From: Escherichia phage T7
Sequence record: OL964749.1
Strand: one strand, 5' to 3'
DNA length: 37,063 nt
Of the stretch, positions 27,830-37,063 are shown piece by piece. Position 1 is the first letter of the stretch, and each line of letters starts with the position of its first letter. The notes under the pieces are model-generated. The model was not told the origin of the DNA and did no database searches. It saw only the letters and a program-made list of their open reading frames with translations. The position numbers and the translations under genes are program-made.

Positions 27830-30800
27830 ATGGATAAGTACGATAAGAACGTACCAAGTGATTATGATGGTCTGTTCCAAAAGGCTGCTGATGCCAACGG
27901 GGTCTCTTATGACCTTTTACGTAAAGTCGCTTGGACAGAATCACGATTTGTGCCTACAGCAAAATCTAAGACTGGACCATTAGGCATGATGCAATTTACC
28001 AAGGCAACCGCTAAGGCCCTCGGTCTGCGAGTTACCGATGGTCCAGACGACGACCGACTGAACCCTGAGTTAGCTATTAATGCTGCCGCTAAGCAACTTG
28101 CAGGTCTGGTAGGGAAGTTTGATGGCGATGAACTCAAAGCTGCCCTTGCGTACAACCAAGGCGAGGGACGCTTGGGTAATCCACAACTTGAGGCGTACTC
28201 TAAGGGAGACTTCGCATCAATCTCTGAGGAGGGACGTAACTACATGCGTAACCTTCTGGATGTTGCTAAGTCACCTATGGCTGGACAGTTGGAAACTTTT
28301 GGTGGCATAACCCCAAAGGGTAAAGGCATTCCGGCTGAGGTAGGATTGGCTGGAATTGGTCACAAGCAGAAAGTAACACAGGAACTTCCTGAGTCCACAA
28401 GTTTTGACGTTAAGGGTATCGAACAGGAGGCTACGGCGAAACCATTCGCCAAGGACTTTTGGGAGACCCACGGAGAAACACTTGACGAGTACAACAGTCG
28501 TTCAACCTTCTTCGGATTCAAAAATGCTGCCGAAGCTGAACTCTCCAACTCAGTAGCTGGGATGGCTTTCCGTGCTGGTCGTCTCGATAATGGTTTTGAT
28601 GTGTTTAAAGACACCATTACGCCGACTCGCTGGAACTCTCACATCTGGACTCCAGAGGAGTTAGAGAAGATTCGAACAGAGGTTAAGAACCCTGCGTACA
28701 TCAACGTTGTAACTGGTGGTTCCCCTGAGAACCTCGATGACCTCATTAAATTGGCTAACGAGAACTTTGAGAATGACTCCCGCGCTGCCGAGGCTGGCCT
28801 AGGTGCCAAACTGAGTGCTGGTATTATTGGTGCTGGTGTGGACCCGCTTAGCTATGTTCCTATGGTCGGTGTCACTGGTAAGGGCTTTAAGTTAATCAAT
28901 AAGGCTCTTGTAGTTGGTGCCGAAAGTGCTGCTCTGAACGTTGCATCCGAAGGTCTCCGTACCTCCGTAGCTGGTGGTGACGCAGACTATGCGGGTGCTG
29001 CCTTAGGTGGCTTTGTGTTTGGCGCAGGCATGTCTGCAATCAGTGACGCTGTAGCTGCTGGACTGAAACGCAGTAAACCAGAAGCTGAGTTCGACAATGA
29101 GTTCATCGGTCCTATGATGCGATTGGAAGCCCGTGAGACAGCACGAAACGCCAACTCTGCGGACCTCTCTCGGATGAACACTGAGAACATGAAGTTTGAA
29201 GGTGAACATAATGGTGTCCCTTATGAGGACTTACCAACAGAGAGAGGTGCCGTGGTGTTACATGATGGCTCCGTTCTAAGTGCAAGCAACCCAATCAACC
29301 CTAAGACTCTAAAAGAGTTCTCCGAGGTTGACCCTGAGAAGGCTGCGCGAGGAATCAAACTGGCTGGGTTCACCGAGATTGGCTTGAAGACCTTGGGGTC
29401 TGACGATGCTGACATCCGTAGAGTGGCTATCGACCTCGTTCGCTCTCCTACTGGTATGCAGTCTGGTGCCTCAGGTAAGTTCGGTGCAACAGCTTCTGAC
29501 ATCCATGAGAGACTTCATGGTACTGACCAGCGTACTTATAATGACTTGTACAAAGCAATGTCTGACGCTATGAAAGACCCTGAGTTCTCTACTGGCGGCG
29601 CTAAGATGTCCCGTGAAGAAACTCGATACACTATCTACCGTAGAGCGGCACTAGCTATTGAGCGTCCAGAACTACAGAAGGCACTCACTCCGTCTGAGAG
29701 AATCGTTATGGACATCATTAAGCGTCACTTTGACACCAAGCGTGAACTTATGGAAAACCCAGCAATATTCGGTAACACAAAGGCTGTGAGTATCTTCCCT
29801 GAGAGTCGCCACAAAGGTACTTACGTTCCTCACGTATATGACCGTCATGCCAAGGCGCTGATGATTCAACGCTACGGTGCCGAAGGTTTGCAGGAAGGGA
29901 TTGCCCGCTCATGGATGAACAGCTACGTCTCCAGACCTGAGGTCAAGGCCAGAGTCGATGAGATGCTTAAGGAATTACACGGGGTGAAGGAAGTAACACC
30001 AGAGATGGTAGAGAAGTACGCTATGGATAAGGCTTATGGTATCTCCCACTCAGACCAGTTCACCAACAGTTCCATAATAGAAGAGAACATTGAGGGCTTA
30101 GTAGGTATCGAGAATAACTCATTCCTTGAGGCACGTAACTTGTTTGATTCGGACCTATCCATCACTATGCCAGACGGACAGCAATTCTCAGTGAATGACC
30201 TAAGGGACTTCGATATGTTCCGCATCATGCCAGCGTATGACCGCCGTGTCAATAGTGACATCGCCATCATGGGGTCTACTGGTAAAACCACTAAGGAACT
30301 TAAGGATGAGATTTTGGCTCTCAAAGCGAAAGCTGAGGGAGACGGTAAGAAGACTGGCGAGGTACATGCTTTAATGGATACCGTTAAGATTCTTACTGGT
30401 CGTGCTAGACGCAATCAGGACACTGTGTGGGAAACCTCACTGCGTGCCATCAATGACCTAGGGTTCTTCGCTAAGAACGCCTACATGGGTGCTCAGAACA
30501 TTACGGAGATTGCTGGGATGATTGTCACTGGTAACGTTCGTGCTCTAGGGCATGGTATCCCAATTCTGCGTGATACACTCTACAAGTCTAAACCAGTTTC
30601 AGCTAAGGAACTCAAGGAACTCCATGCGTCTCTGTTCGGGAAGGAGGTGGACCAGTTGATTCGGCCTAAACGTGCTGACATTGTGCAGCGCCTAAGGGAA
30701 GCAACTGATACCGGACCTGCCGTGGCGAACATCGTAGGGACCTTGAAGTATTCAACACAGGAACTGGCTGCTCGCTCTCCGTGGACTAAGCTACTGGACG

Positions 30801-31786
30801 GAACCACTAACTACCTTCTGGATGCTGCGCGTCAAGGTATGCTTGGGGATGTTATTAGTGCCACCCTAACAGGTAAGACTACCCGCTGGGAGAAAGAAGG
30901 CTTCCTTCGTGGTGCCTCCGTAACTCCTGAGCAGATGGCTGGCATCAAGTCTCTCATCAAGGAACATATGGTACGCGGTGAGGACGGGAAGTTTACCGTT
31001 AAGGACAAGCAAGCGTTCTCTATGGACCCACGGGCTATGGACTTATGGAGACTGGCTGACAAGGTAGCTGATGAGGCAATGCTGCGTCCACATAAGGTGT
31101 CCTTACAGGATTCCCATGCGTTCGGAGCACTAGGTAAGATGGTTATGCAGTTTAAGTCTTTCACTATCAAGTCCCTTAACTCTAAGTTCCTGCGAACCTT
31201 CTATGATGGATACAAGAACAACCGAGCGATTGACGCTGCGCTGAGCAGCATCACCTCTATGGGTCTCGCTGGTGGTTTCTATGCTATGGCTGCACACGTC
31301 AGAGCATACGCTCTGCCTAAGGAGAAACGTAAGGAGTACTTGGAGCGTGCACTGGACCCAACCATGATTGCCCACGCTGCGTTATCTCGTAGTTCTCAAT
31401 TGGGTGTTCCTTTGGCTATGGTTGACCTAGTTGGTGGTGTTTTAGGGTTCGAGTCCTCCAAGATGGCTCGCTCTACGATTCTACCTAAGGACACCGTGAA
31501 GGAACGTGACCCAAACAAACCGTACACCTCTAGAGAGGTAATGGGCGCTATGGGTTCAAACCTTCTGGAACAGATGCCTTCGGCTGGCTTTGTGGCTAAC
31601 GTAGGGGCTACCTTAATGAATGCTGCTGGCGTGGTCAACTCACCTAATAAAGCAACCGAGCAGGACTTCATGACTGGTCTTATGAACTCCACAAAAGAGT
31701 TAGTACCGAACGACCCATTGACTCAACAGCTTGTGTTGAAGATTTATGAGGCGAACGGTGTTAACTTGAGGGAGCGTAGGAAATAA
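27830..31786 (+). CDS. Internal core protein gp16 with N-terminal lytic transglycosylase domain
   Basis: 1318-aa ORF MDKYDKNVPSDYDGLFQKAADANGVSYDLLRKVAWTESRF... containing an SLT-like motif. Confidence 0.95.
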   Translation: MDKYDKNVPSDYDGLFQKAADANGVSYDLLRKVAWTESRFVPTAKSKTGPLGMMQFTKATAKALGLRVTDGPDDDRLNPELAINAAAKQLAGLVGKFDGDELKAALAYNQGEGRLGNPQLEAYSKGDFASISEEGRNYMRNLLDVAKSPMAGQLETFGGITPKGKGIPAEVGLAGIGHKQKVTQELPESTSFDVKGIEQEATAKPFAKDFWETHGETLDEYNSRSTFFGFKNAAEAELSNSVAGMAFRAGRLDNGFDVFKDTITPTRWNSHIWTPEELEKIRTEVKNPAYINVVTGGSPENLDDLIKLANENFENDSRAAEAGLGAKLSAGIIGAGVDPLSYVPMVGVTGKGFKLINKALVVGAESAALNVASEGLRTSVAGGDADYAGAALGGFVFGAGMSAISDAVAAGLKRSKPEAEFDNEFIGPMMRLEARETARNANSADLSRMNTENMKFEGEHNGVPYEDLPTERGAVVLHDGSVLSASNPINPKTLKEFSEVDPEKAARGIKLAGFTEIGLKTLGSDDADIRRVAIDLVRSPTGMQSGASGKFGATASDIHERLHGTDQRTYNDLYKAMSDAMKDPEFSTGGAKMSREETRYTIYRRAALAIERPELQKALTPSERIVMDIIKRHFDTKRELMENPAIFGNTKAVSIFPESRHKGTYVPHVYDRHAKALMIQRYGAEGLQEGIARSWMNSYVSRPEVKARVDEMLKELHGVKEVTPEMVEKYAMDKAYGISHSDQFTNSSIIEENIEGLVGIENNSFLEARNLFDSDLSITMPDGQQFSVNDLRDFDMFRIMPAYDRRVNSDIAIMGSTGKTTKELKDEILALKAKAEGDGKKTGEVHALMDTVKILTGRARRNQDTVWETSLRAINDLGFFAKNAYMGAQNITEIAGMIVTGNVRALGHGIPILRDTLYKSKPVSAKELKELHASLFGKEVDQLIRPKRADIVQRLREATDTGPAVANIVGTLKYSTQELAARSPWTKLLDGTTNYLLDAARQGMLGDVISATLTGKTTRWEKEGFLRGASVTPEQMAGIKSLIKEHMVRGEDGKFTVKDKQAFSMDPRAMDLWRLADKVADEAMLRPHKVSLQDSHAFGALGKMVMQFKSFTIKSLNSKFLRTFYDGYKNNRAIDAALSSITSMGLAGGFYAMAAHVRAYALPKEKRKEYLERALDPTMIAHAALSRSSQLGVPLAMVDLVGGVLGFESSKMARSTILPKDTVKERDPNKPYTSREVMGAMGSNLLEQMPSAGFVANVGATLMNAAGVVNSPNKATEQDFMTGLMNSTKELVPNDPLTQQLVLKIYEANGVNLRERRK

Positions 31787-31806
31787 TACGACTCACTATA
31801 GGGAGA
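31784..31806 (+). promoter_or_regulatory. T7 class III promoter phi17
   Basis: TAATACGACTCACTATAGGGAGA; +1 near 31801. Confidence 0.95.
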
Positions 31807-31858
31807 GGCGAAATAATCTTCTCCCTGTAGTCTCTTAGATTTACTTTAAGGAGGTCAA

Positions 31859-33520
31859 ATGGCTAACGTAATTAAAACCGTTTTGACTTACCAGTTAGAT
31901 GGCTCCAATCGTGATTTTAATATCCCGTTTGAGTATCTAGCCCGTAAGTTCGTAGTGGTAACTCTTATTGGTGTAGACCGAAAGGTCCTTACGATTAATA
32001 CAGACTATCGCTTTGCTACACGTACTACTATCTCTCTGACAAAGGCTTGGGGTCCAGCCGATGGCTACACGACCATCGAGTTACGTCGAGTAACCTCCAC
32101 TACCGACCGATTGGTTGACTTTACGGATGGTTCAATCCTCCGCGCGTATGACCTTAACGTCGCTCAGATTCAAACGATGCACGTAGCGGAAGAGGCCCGT
32201 GACCTCACTACGGATACTATCGGTGTCAATAACGATGGTCACTTGGATGCTCGTGGTCGTCGAATTGTGAACCTAGCGAACGCCGTGGATGACCGCGATG
32301 CTGTTCCGTTTGGTCAACTAAAGACCATGGACCAGAACTCATGGCAAGCACGTAATGAAGCCTTACAGTTCCGTAATGAGGCTGAGACTTTCAGAAACCA
32401 AGCGGAGGGCTTTAAGAACGAGTCCAGTACCAACGCTACGAACACAAAGCAGTGGCGCGATGAGACCAAGGGTTTCCGAGACGAAGCCAAGCGGTTCGAG
32501 AATACGGCTGGTCAATACGCTACATCTGCTGGGAACTCTGCTTCCGCTGCGCATCAATCTGAGGTAAACGCTGAGAACTCTGCCACAGCATCCGCTAACT
32601 CTGCTCATTTGGCAGAACAGCAAGCAGACCGTGCGGAACGTGAGGCAGACAAGCTGGAAAATTACAATGGATTGGCTGGTGCAATTGATAAGGTAGATGG
32701 AACCAATGTGTACTGGAAAGGAAATATTCACGCTAACGGGCGCCTTTACATGACCACAAACGGTTTTGACTGTGGCCAGTATCAACAGTTCTTTGGTGGT
32801 GTCACTAATCGTTACTCTGTCATGGAGTGGGGAGATGAGAACGGATGGCTGATGTATGTTCAACGTAGAGAGTGGACAACAGCGATAGGCGGTAACATCC
32901 AGTTAGTAGTAAACGGACAGATCATCACCCAAGGTGGAGCCATGACCGGTCAGCTAAAATTGCAGAATGGGCATGTTCTTCAATTAGAGTCCGCATCCGA
33001 CAAGGCGCACTATATTCTATCTAAAGATGGTAACAGGAATAACTGGTACATTGGTAGAGGGTCAGATAACAACAATGACTGTACCTTCCACTCCTATGTA
33101 CATGGTACGACCTTAACACTCAAGCAGGACTATGCAGTAGTTAACAAACACTTCCACGTAGGTCAGGCCGTTGTGGCCACTGATGGTAATATTCAAGGTA
33201 CTAAGTGGGGAGGTAAATGGCTGGATGCTTACCTACGTGACAGCTTCGTTGCGAAGTCCAAGGCGTGGACTCAGGTGTGGTCTGGTAGTGCTGGCGGTGG
33301 GGTAAGTGTGACTGTTTCACAGGATCTCCGCTTCCGCAATATCTGGATTAAGTGTGCCAACAACTCTTGGAACTTCTTCCGTACTGGCCCCGATGGAATC
33401 TACTTCATAGCCTCTGATGGTGGATGGTTACGATTCCAAATACACTCCAACGGTCTCGGATTCAAGAATATTGCAGACAGTCGTTCAGTACCTAATGCAA
33501 TCATGGTGGAGAACGAGTAA
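31859..33520 (+). CDS. Tail fibre protein gp17
   Basis: 553-aa ORF MANVIKTVLTYQLDGSNRDFNIPFEYLARKFVVVTLIGVDRK... Confidence 0.95.
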   Translation: MANVIKTVLTYQLDGSNRDFNIPFEYLARKFVVVTLIGVDRKVLTINTDYRFATRTTISLTKAWGPADGYTTIELRRVTSTTDRLVDFTDGSILRAYDLNVAQIQTMHVAEEARDLTTDTIGVNNDGHLDARGRRIVNLANAVDDRDAVPFGQLKTMDQNSWQARNEALQFRNEAETFRNQAEGFKNESSTNATNTKQWRDETKGFRDEAKRFENTAGQYATSAGNSASAAHQSEVNAENSATASANSAHLAEQQADRAEREADKLENYNGLAGAIDKVDGTNVYWKGNIHANGRLYMTTNGFDCGQYQQFFGGVTNRYSVMEWGDENGWLMYVQRREWTTAIGGNIQLVVNGQIITQGGAMTGQLKLQNGHVLQLESASDKAHYILSKDGNRNNWYIGRGSDNNNDCTFHSYVHGTTLTLKQDYAVVNKHFHVGQAVVATDGNIQGTKWGGKWLDAYLRDSFVAKSKAWTQVWSGSAGGGVSVTVSQDLRFRNIWIKCANNSWNFFRTGPDGIYFIASDGGWLRFQIHSNGLGFKNIADSRSVPNAIMVENE

Positions 33521-33578
33521 TTGGTAAATCACAAGGAAAGACGTGTAGTCCACGGATGGACTCTCAAGGAGGTACAAG

Positions 33579-33782
33579 GTGCTATCATTAGACTTTAACA
33601 ACGAATTGATTAAGGCTGCTCCAATTGTTGGGACGGGTGTAGCAGATGTTAGTGCTCGACTGTTCTTTGGGTTAAGCCTTAACGAATGGTTCTACGTTGC
33701 TGCTATCGCCTACACAGTGGTTCAGATTGGTGCCAAGGTAGTCGATAAGATGATTGACTGGAAGAAAGCCAATAAGGAGTGA
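33579..33782 (+). CDS. Holin (gene 17.5)
   Basis: 67-aa ORF with one hydrophobic segment and charged C-terminus (MLSLDFNNELIKAAPIVGTGVADVSARLFFGLSLNEWFYVAAIAYTVVQIGAKVVDKMIDWKKANKE). Confidence 0.9.
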   Translation: MLSLDFNNELIKAAPIVGTGVADVSARLFFGLSLNEWFYVAAIAYTVVQIGAKVVDKMIDWKKANKE

Positions 33783-33787
33783 TATGT

Positions 33788-34057
33788 ATGGAAAAGGATA
33801 AGAGCCTTATTACATTCTTAGAGATGTTGGACACTGCGATGGCTCAGCGTATGCTTGCGGACCTTTCGGACCATGAGCGTCGCTCTCCGCAACTCTATAA
33901 TGCTATTAACAAACTGTTAGACCGCCACAAGTTCCAGATTGGTAAGTTGCAGCCGGATGTTCACATCTTAGGTGGCCTTGCTGGTGCTCTTGAAGAGTAC
34001 AAAGAGAAAGTCGGTGATAACGGTCTTACGGATGATGATATTTACACATTACAGTGA
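33788..34057 (+). CDS. Terminase small subunit gp18
   Basis: 89-aa ORF MEKDKSLITFLEMLDTAMAQRMLADLSDHERRSPQLYNAINKLLDRHKF...; the track start at 33779 is an upstream extension. Confidence 0.9.
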   Translation: MEKDKSLITFLEMLDTAMAQRMLADLSDHERRSPQLYNAINKLLDRHKFQIGKLQPDVHILGGLAGALEEYKEKVGDNGLTDDDIYTLQ

Positions 34058-34059
34058 TA

Positions 34060-34100
34060 TACTCAAGGCCACTACAGATAGTGGTCTTTATGGATGTCAT
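34060..34100 (+). promoter_or_regulatory. RNase III site R18.5
   Basis: Hairpin CAAGGCCACTACAGATAGTGGTCTTTATGG downstream of gene 18. Confidence 0.55.
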
Positions 34101-34151
34101 TGTCTATACGAGATGCTCCTACGTGAAATCTGAAAGTTAACGGGAGGCATT

Positions 34152-34583
34152 ATGCTAGAATTTTTACGTAAGCTAATCCCTTGGGTTCTCGCTGGGATGC
34201 TATTCGGGTTAGGATGGCATCTAGGGTCAGACTCAATGGACGCTAAATGGAAACAGGAGGTACACAATGAGTACGTTAAGAGAGTTGAGGCTGCGAAGAG
34301 CACTCAAAGAGCAATCGATGCGGTATCTGCTAAGTATCAAGAAGACCTTGCCGCGCTGGAAGGGAGCACTGATAGGATTATTTCTGATTTGCGTAGCGAC
34401 AATAAGCGGTTGCGCGTCAGAGTCAAAACTACCGGAACCTCCGATGGTCAGTGTGGATTCGAGCCTGATGGTCGAGCCGAACTTGACGACCGAGATGCTA
34501 AACGTATTCTCGCAGTGACCCAGAAGGGTGACGCATGGATTCGTGCGTTACAGGATACTATTCGTGAACTGCAACGTAAGTAG
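34152..34583 (+). CDS. Gene 18.5 protein (Rz-like inner-membrane spanin component)
   Basis: 143-aa ORF with N-terminal transmembrane segment MLEFLRKLIPWVLAGMLFGLGWHLG and coiled-coil-like remainder. Confidence 0.9.
   Translation: MLEFLRKLIPWVLAGMLFGLGWHLGSDSMDAKWKQEVHNEYVKRVEAAKSTQRAIDAVSAKYQEDLAALEGSTDRIISDLRSDNKRLRVRVKTTGTSDGQCGFEPDGRAELDDRDAKRILAVTQKGDAWIRALQDTIRELQRK
34267..34518 (+). CDS. Gene 18.7 protein (Rz1-like outer-membrane lipoprotein spanin component), embedded in the +1 frame of 18.5
   Basis: 83-aa ORF containing a lipobox-like LICVATISGC and Pro-rich tail, nested in 18.5 as in T7. Confidence 0.75.
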   Translation: MSTLRELRLRRALKEQSMRYLLSIKKTLPRWKGALIGLFLICVATISGCASESKLPEPPMVSVDSSLMVEPNLTTEMLNVFSQ

Positions 34584-34604
34584 GAAATCAAGTAAGGAGG
34601 CAAT

Positions 34605-36365
34605 GTGTCTACTCAATCCAATCGTAATGCGCTCGTAGTGGCGCAACTGAAAGGAGACTTCGTGGCGTTCCTATTCGTCTTATGGAAGGCGCTAAACCTA
34701 CCGGTTCCCACTACGTGTCAGATTGACATGGCTAAGGTGCTGGCGAATGGAGACAACAAGAAGTTCATCTTACAGGCTTTCCGTGGTATCGGTAAGTCGT
34801 TCATCACATGTGCGTTCGTTGTGTGGTCCTTATGGAGAGACCCTCAGTTGAAGATACTTATCGTATCAGCCTCTAAGGAGCGTGCAGACGCTAACTCCAT
34901 CTTTATTAAGAACATCATTGACCTGCTGCCATTCCTATCTGAGTTAAAGCCAAGACCCGGACAGCGTGACTCGGTAATCAGCTTTGATGTAGGCCCAGCC
35001 AATCCTGACCACTCTCCTAGTGTGAAATCAGTAGGTATCACTGGTCAGTTAACTGGTAGCCGTGCTGACATTATCATTGCGGATGACGTTGAGATTCCGT
35101 CTAACAGCGCAACTATGGGTGCCCGTGAGAAGCTATGGACTCTGGTTCAGGAGTTCGCTGCGTTACTTAAACCGCTGCCTTCCTCTCGCGTTATCTACCT
35201 TGGTACACCTCAGACAGAGATGACTCTCTATAAGGAACTTGAGGATAACCGTGGGTACACAACCATTATCTGGCCTGCTCTGTACCCAAGGACACGTGAA
35301 GAGAACCTCTATTACTCACAGCGTCTTGCTCCTATGTTACGCGCTGAGTACGATGAGAACCCTGAGGCACTTGCTGGGACTCCAACAGACCCAGTGCGCT
35401 TTGACCGTGATGACCTGCGCGAGCGTGAGTTGGAATACGGTAAGGCTGGCTTTACGCTACAGTTCATGCTTAACCCTAACCTTAGTGATGCCGAGAAGTA
35501 CCCGCTGAGGCTTCGTGACGCTATCGTAGCGGCCTTAGACTTAGAGAAGGCCCCAATGCATTACCAGTGGCTTCCGAACCGTCAGAACATCATTGAGGAC
35601 CTTCCTAACGTTGGCCTTAAGGGTGATGACCTGCATACGTACCACGATTGTTCCAACAACTCAGGTCAGTACCAACAGAAGATTCTGGTCATTGACCCTA
35701 GTGGTCGCGGTAAGGACGAAACAGGTTACGCTGTGCTGTACACACTGAACGGTTACATCTACCTTATGGAAGCTGGAGGTTTCCGTGATGGCTACTCCGA
35801 TAAGACCCTTGAGTTACTCGCTAAGAAGGCAAAGCAATGGGGAGTCCAGACGGTTGTCTACGAGAGTAACTTCGGTGACGGTATGTTCGGTAAGGTATTC
35901 AGTCCTATCCTTCTTAAACACCACAACTGTGCGATGGAAGAGATTCGTGCCCGTGGTATGAAAGAGATGCGTATTTGCGATACCCTTGAGCCAGTCATGC
36001 AGACTCACCGCCTTGTAATTCGTGATGAGGTCATTAGGGCCGACTACCAGTCCGCTCGTGACGTAGACGGTAAGCATGACGTTAAGTACTCGTTGTTCTA
36101 CCAGATGACCCGTATCACTCGTGAGAAAGGCGCTCTGGCTCATGATGACCGATTGGATGCCCTTGCGTTAGGCATTGAGTATCTCCGTGAGTCCATGCAG
36201 TTGGATTCCGTTAAGGTCGAGGGTGAAGTACTTGCTGACTTCCTTGAGGAACACATGATGCGTCCTACGGTTGCTGCTACGCATATCATTGAGATGTCTG
36301 TGGGAGGAGTTGATGTGTACTCTGAGGACGATGAGGGTTACGGTACGTCTTTCATTGAGTGGTGA
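34605..36365 (+). CDS. Terminase large subunit gp19 (ATPase/nuclease DNA maturase)
   Basis: 586-aa [38 protein letters not shown]... with Walker A-like FRGIGKS. Confidence 0.95.
   Translation: MSTQSNRNALVVAQLKGDFVAFLFVLWKALNLPVPTTCQIDMAKVLANGDNKKFILQAFRGIGKSFITCAFVVWSLWRDPQLKILIVSASKERADANSIFIKNIIDLLPFLSELKPRPGQRDSVISFDVGPANPDHSPSVKSVGITGQLTGSRADIIIADDVEIPSNSATMGAREKLWTLVQEFAALLKPLPSSRVIYLGTPQTEMTLYKELEDNRGYTTIIWPALYPRTREENLYYSQRLAPMLRAEYDENPEALAGTPTDPVRFDRDDLRERELEYGKAGFTLQFMLNPNLSDAEKYPLRLRDAIVAALDLEKAPMHYQWLPNRQNIIEDLPNVGLKGDDLHTYHDCSNNSGQYQQKILVIDPSGRGKDETGYAVLYTLNGYIYLMEAGGFRDGYSDKTLELLAKKAKQWGVQTVVYESNFGDGMFGKVFSPILLKHHNCAMEEIRARGMKEMRICDTLEPVMQTHRLVIRDEVIRADYQSARDVDGKHDVKYSLFYQMTRITREKGALAHDDRLDALALGIEYLRESMQLDSVKVEGEVLADFLEEHMMRPTVAATHIIEMSVGGVDVYSEDDEGYGTSFIEW
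35251..35508 (+). CDS. Gene 19.2 ORF embedded out of frame in gene 19; doubtful expression
   Basis: Alternate-frame ORF at the position of T7 19.2; no convincing independent signal. Confidence 0.25.
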   Translation: MGTQPLSGLLCTQGHVKRTSITHSVLLLCYALSTMRTLRHLLGLQQTQCALTVMTCASVSWNTVRLALRYSSCLTLTLVMPRSTR

Positions 36366-36446
36366 TTTATGCATTAGGACTGCATAGGGATGCACTATAG
36401 ACCACGGATGGTCAGTTCTTTAAGTTACTGAAAAGACACGATAAAT

Positions 36447-36469
36447 TAATACGACTCACTATAGGGAGA
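36447..36469 (+). promoter_or_regulatory. T7 class III promoter phiOR (right-end, replication/packaging-associated)
   Basis: TAATACGACTCACTATAGGGAGA; +1 near 36464. Confidence 0.95.
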
Positions 36470-36623
36470 GGAGGGACGAAAGGTTACTATATAGATACTG
36501 AATGAATACTTATAGAGTGCATAAAGTATGCATAATGGTGTACCTAGAGTGACCTCTAAGAATGGTGATTATATTGTATTAGTATCACCTTAACTTAAGG
36601 ACCAACATAAAGGGAGGAGACTC

Positions 36624-36773
36624 ATGTTCCGCTTATTGTTGAACCTACTGCGGCATAGAGTCACCTACCGATTTCTTGTGGTACTTTGTGCTGCCCTTGG
36701 GTACGCATCTCTTACTGGAGACCTCAGTTCACTGGAGTCTGTCGTTTGCTCTATACTCACTTGTAGCGATTAG
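36624..36773 (+). CDS. Gene 19.5 protein (49 aa, hydrophobic)
   Basis: ORF MFRLLLNLLRHRVTYRFLVVLCAALGYASLTGDLSSLESVVCSILTCSD preceded by AAAGGGAGGAGA. Confidence 0.8.
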   Translation: MFRLLLNLLRHRVTYRFLVVLCAALGYASLTGDLSSLESVVCSILTCSD

Positions 36774-36912
36774 GGTCTTCCTGACCGACTGATGGCTCAT
36801 CTATACCTAAAGATAGGCCATCCTATCAGTGTCACCTAAAGAGGGTCTTAGAGAGGGCCTATGGAGTTCCTATAGGGTCCTTTAAAATATACCATAAAAA
36901 TCTGAGTGACTA

Positions 36913-37063
36913 TCTCACAGTGTACGGACCTAAAGTTCCCCCATAGGGGTACCTAAAGCCCAGCCAATCACCTAAAGTCAATGACCTTGAGGGTTCCCTA
37001 AGGGTTGGGGATGACCCTTGGGTTTGTCTTTGGGTGTTACCTTGAGTGTCTCTCTGTGTCCCT
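36913..37063. repeat. Right terminal direct repeat (TR)
   Basis: 36914-37063 is identical to 1-150; the preceding T at 36913 corresponds to the first TR base missing from the window start. Confidence 0.95.

Overview
This window is a complete, terminally redundant genome of a bacteriophage T7 derivative (37,063 bp against about 39.9 kb for reference T7), not a novel system. All genes are on the + strand in canonical T7 order, from the early region (ocr, RNA polymerase, ligase) through replication genes (2.5, 4, 5, 6) to the structural, lysis and packaging genes (8-19.5). The sigma70 promoters A1 and A3, the T7 promoter set, the TE and Tphi terminators, RNase III hairpins and 150-bp direct terminal repeats at both ends are present. 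What stands out is a set of discrete deletions and rearrangements relative to reference T7, all in dispensable regions: loss of promoter A2; a roughly 1.5-kb deletion fusing ocr in frame to the C-terminal domain of gene 0.7; apparent ORF-precise loss of 1.4 and 7.7; truncation of 1.7, 3.8, 4.3, 4.7 and 5.3; a roughly 100-bp loss near the right end; a tandem triplication at phiOL; and a point change at +2 of the phi10 promoter. I see no CRISPR array, tRNA, integrase or defence-island-like content, and no evidence for a previously undescribed system. The pattern fits an engineered or laboratory-evolved genome-reduced T7. All reference comparisons are from memory of the published T7 sequence and need alignment to confirm exact breakpoints.
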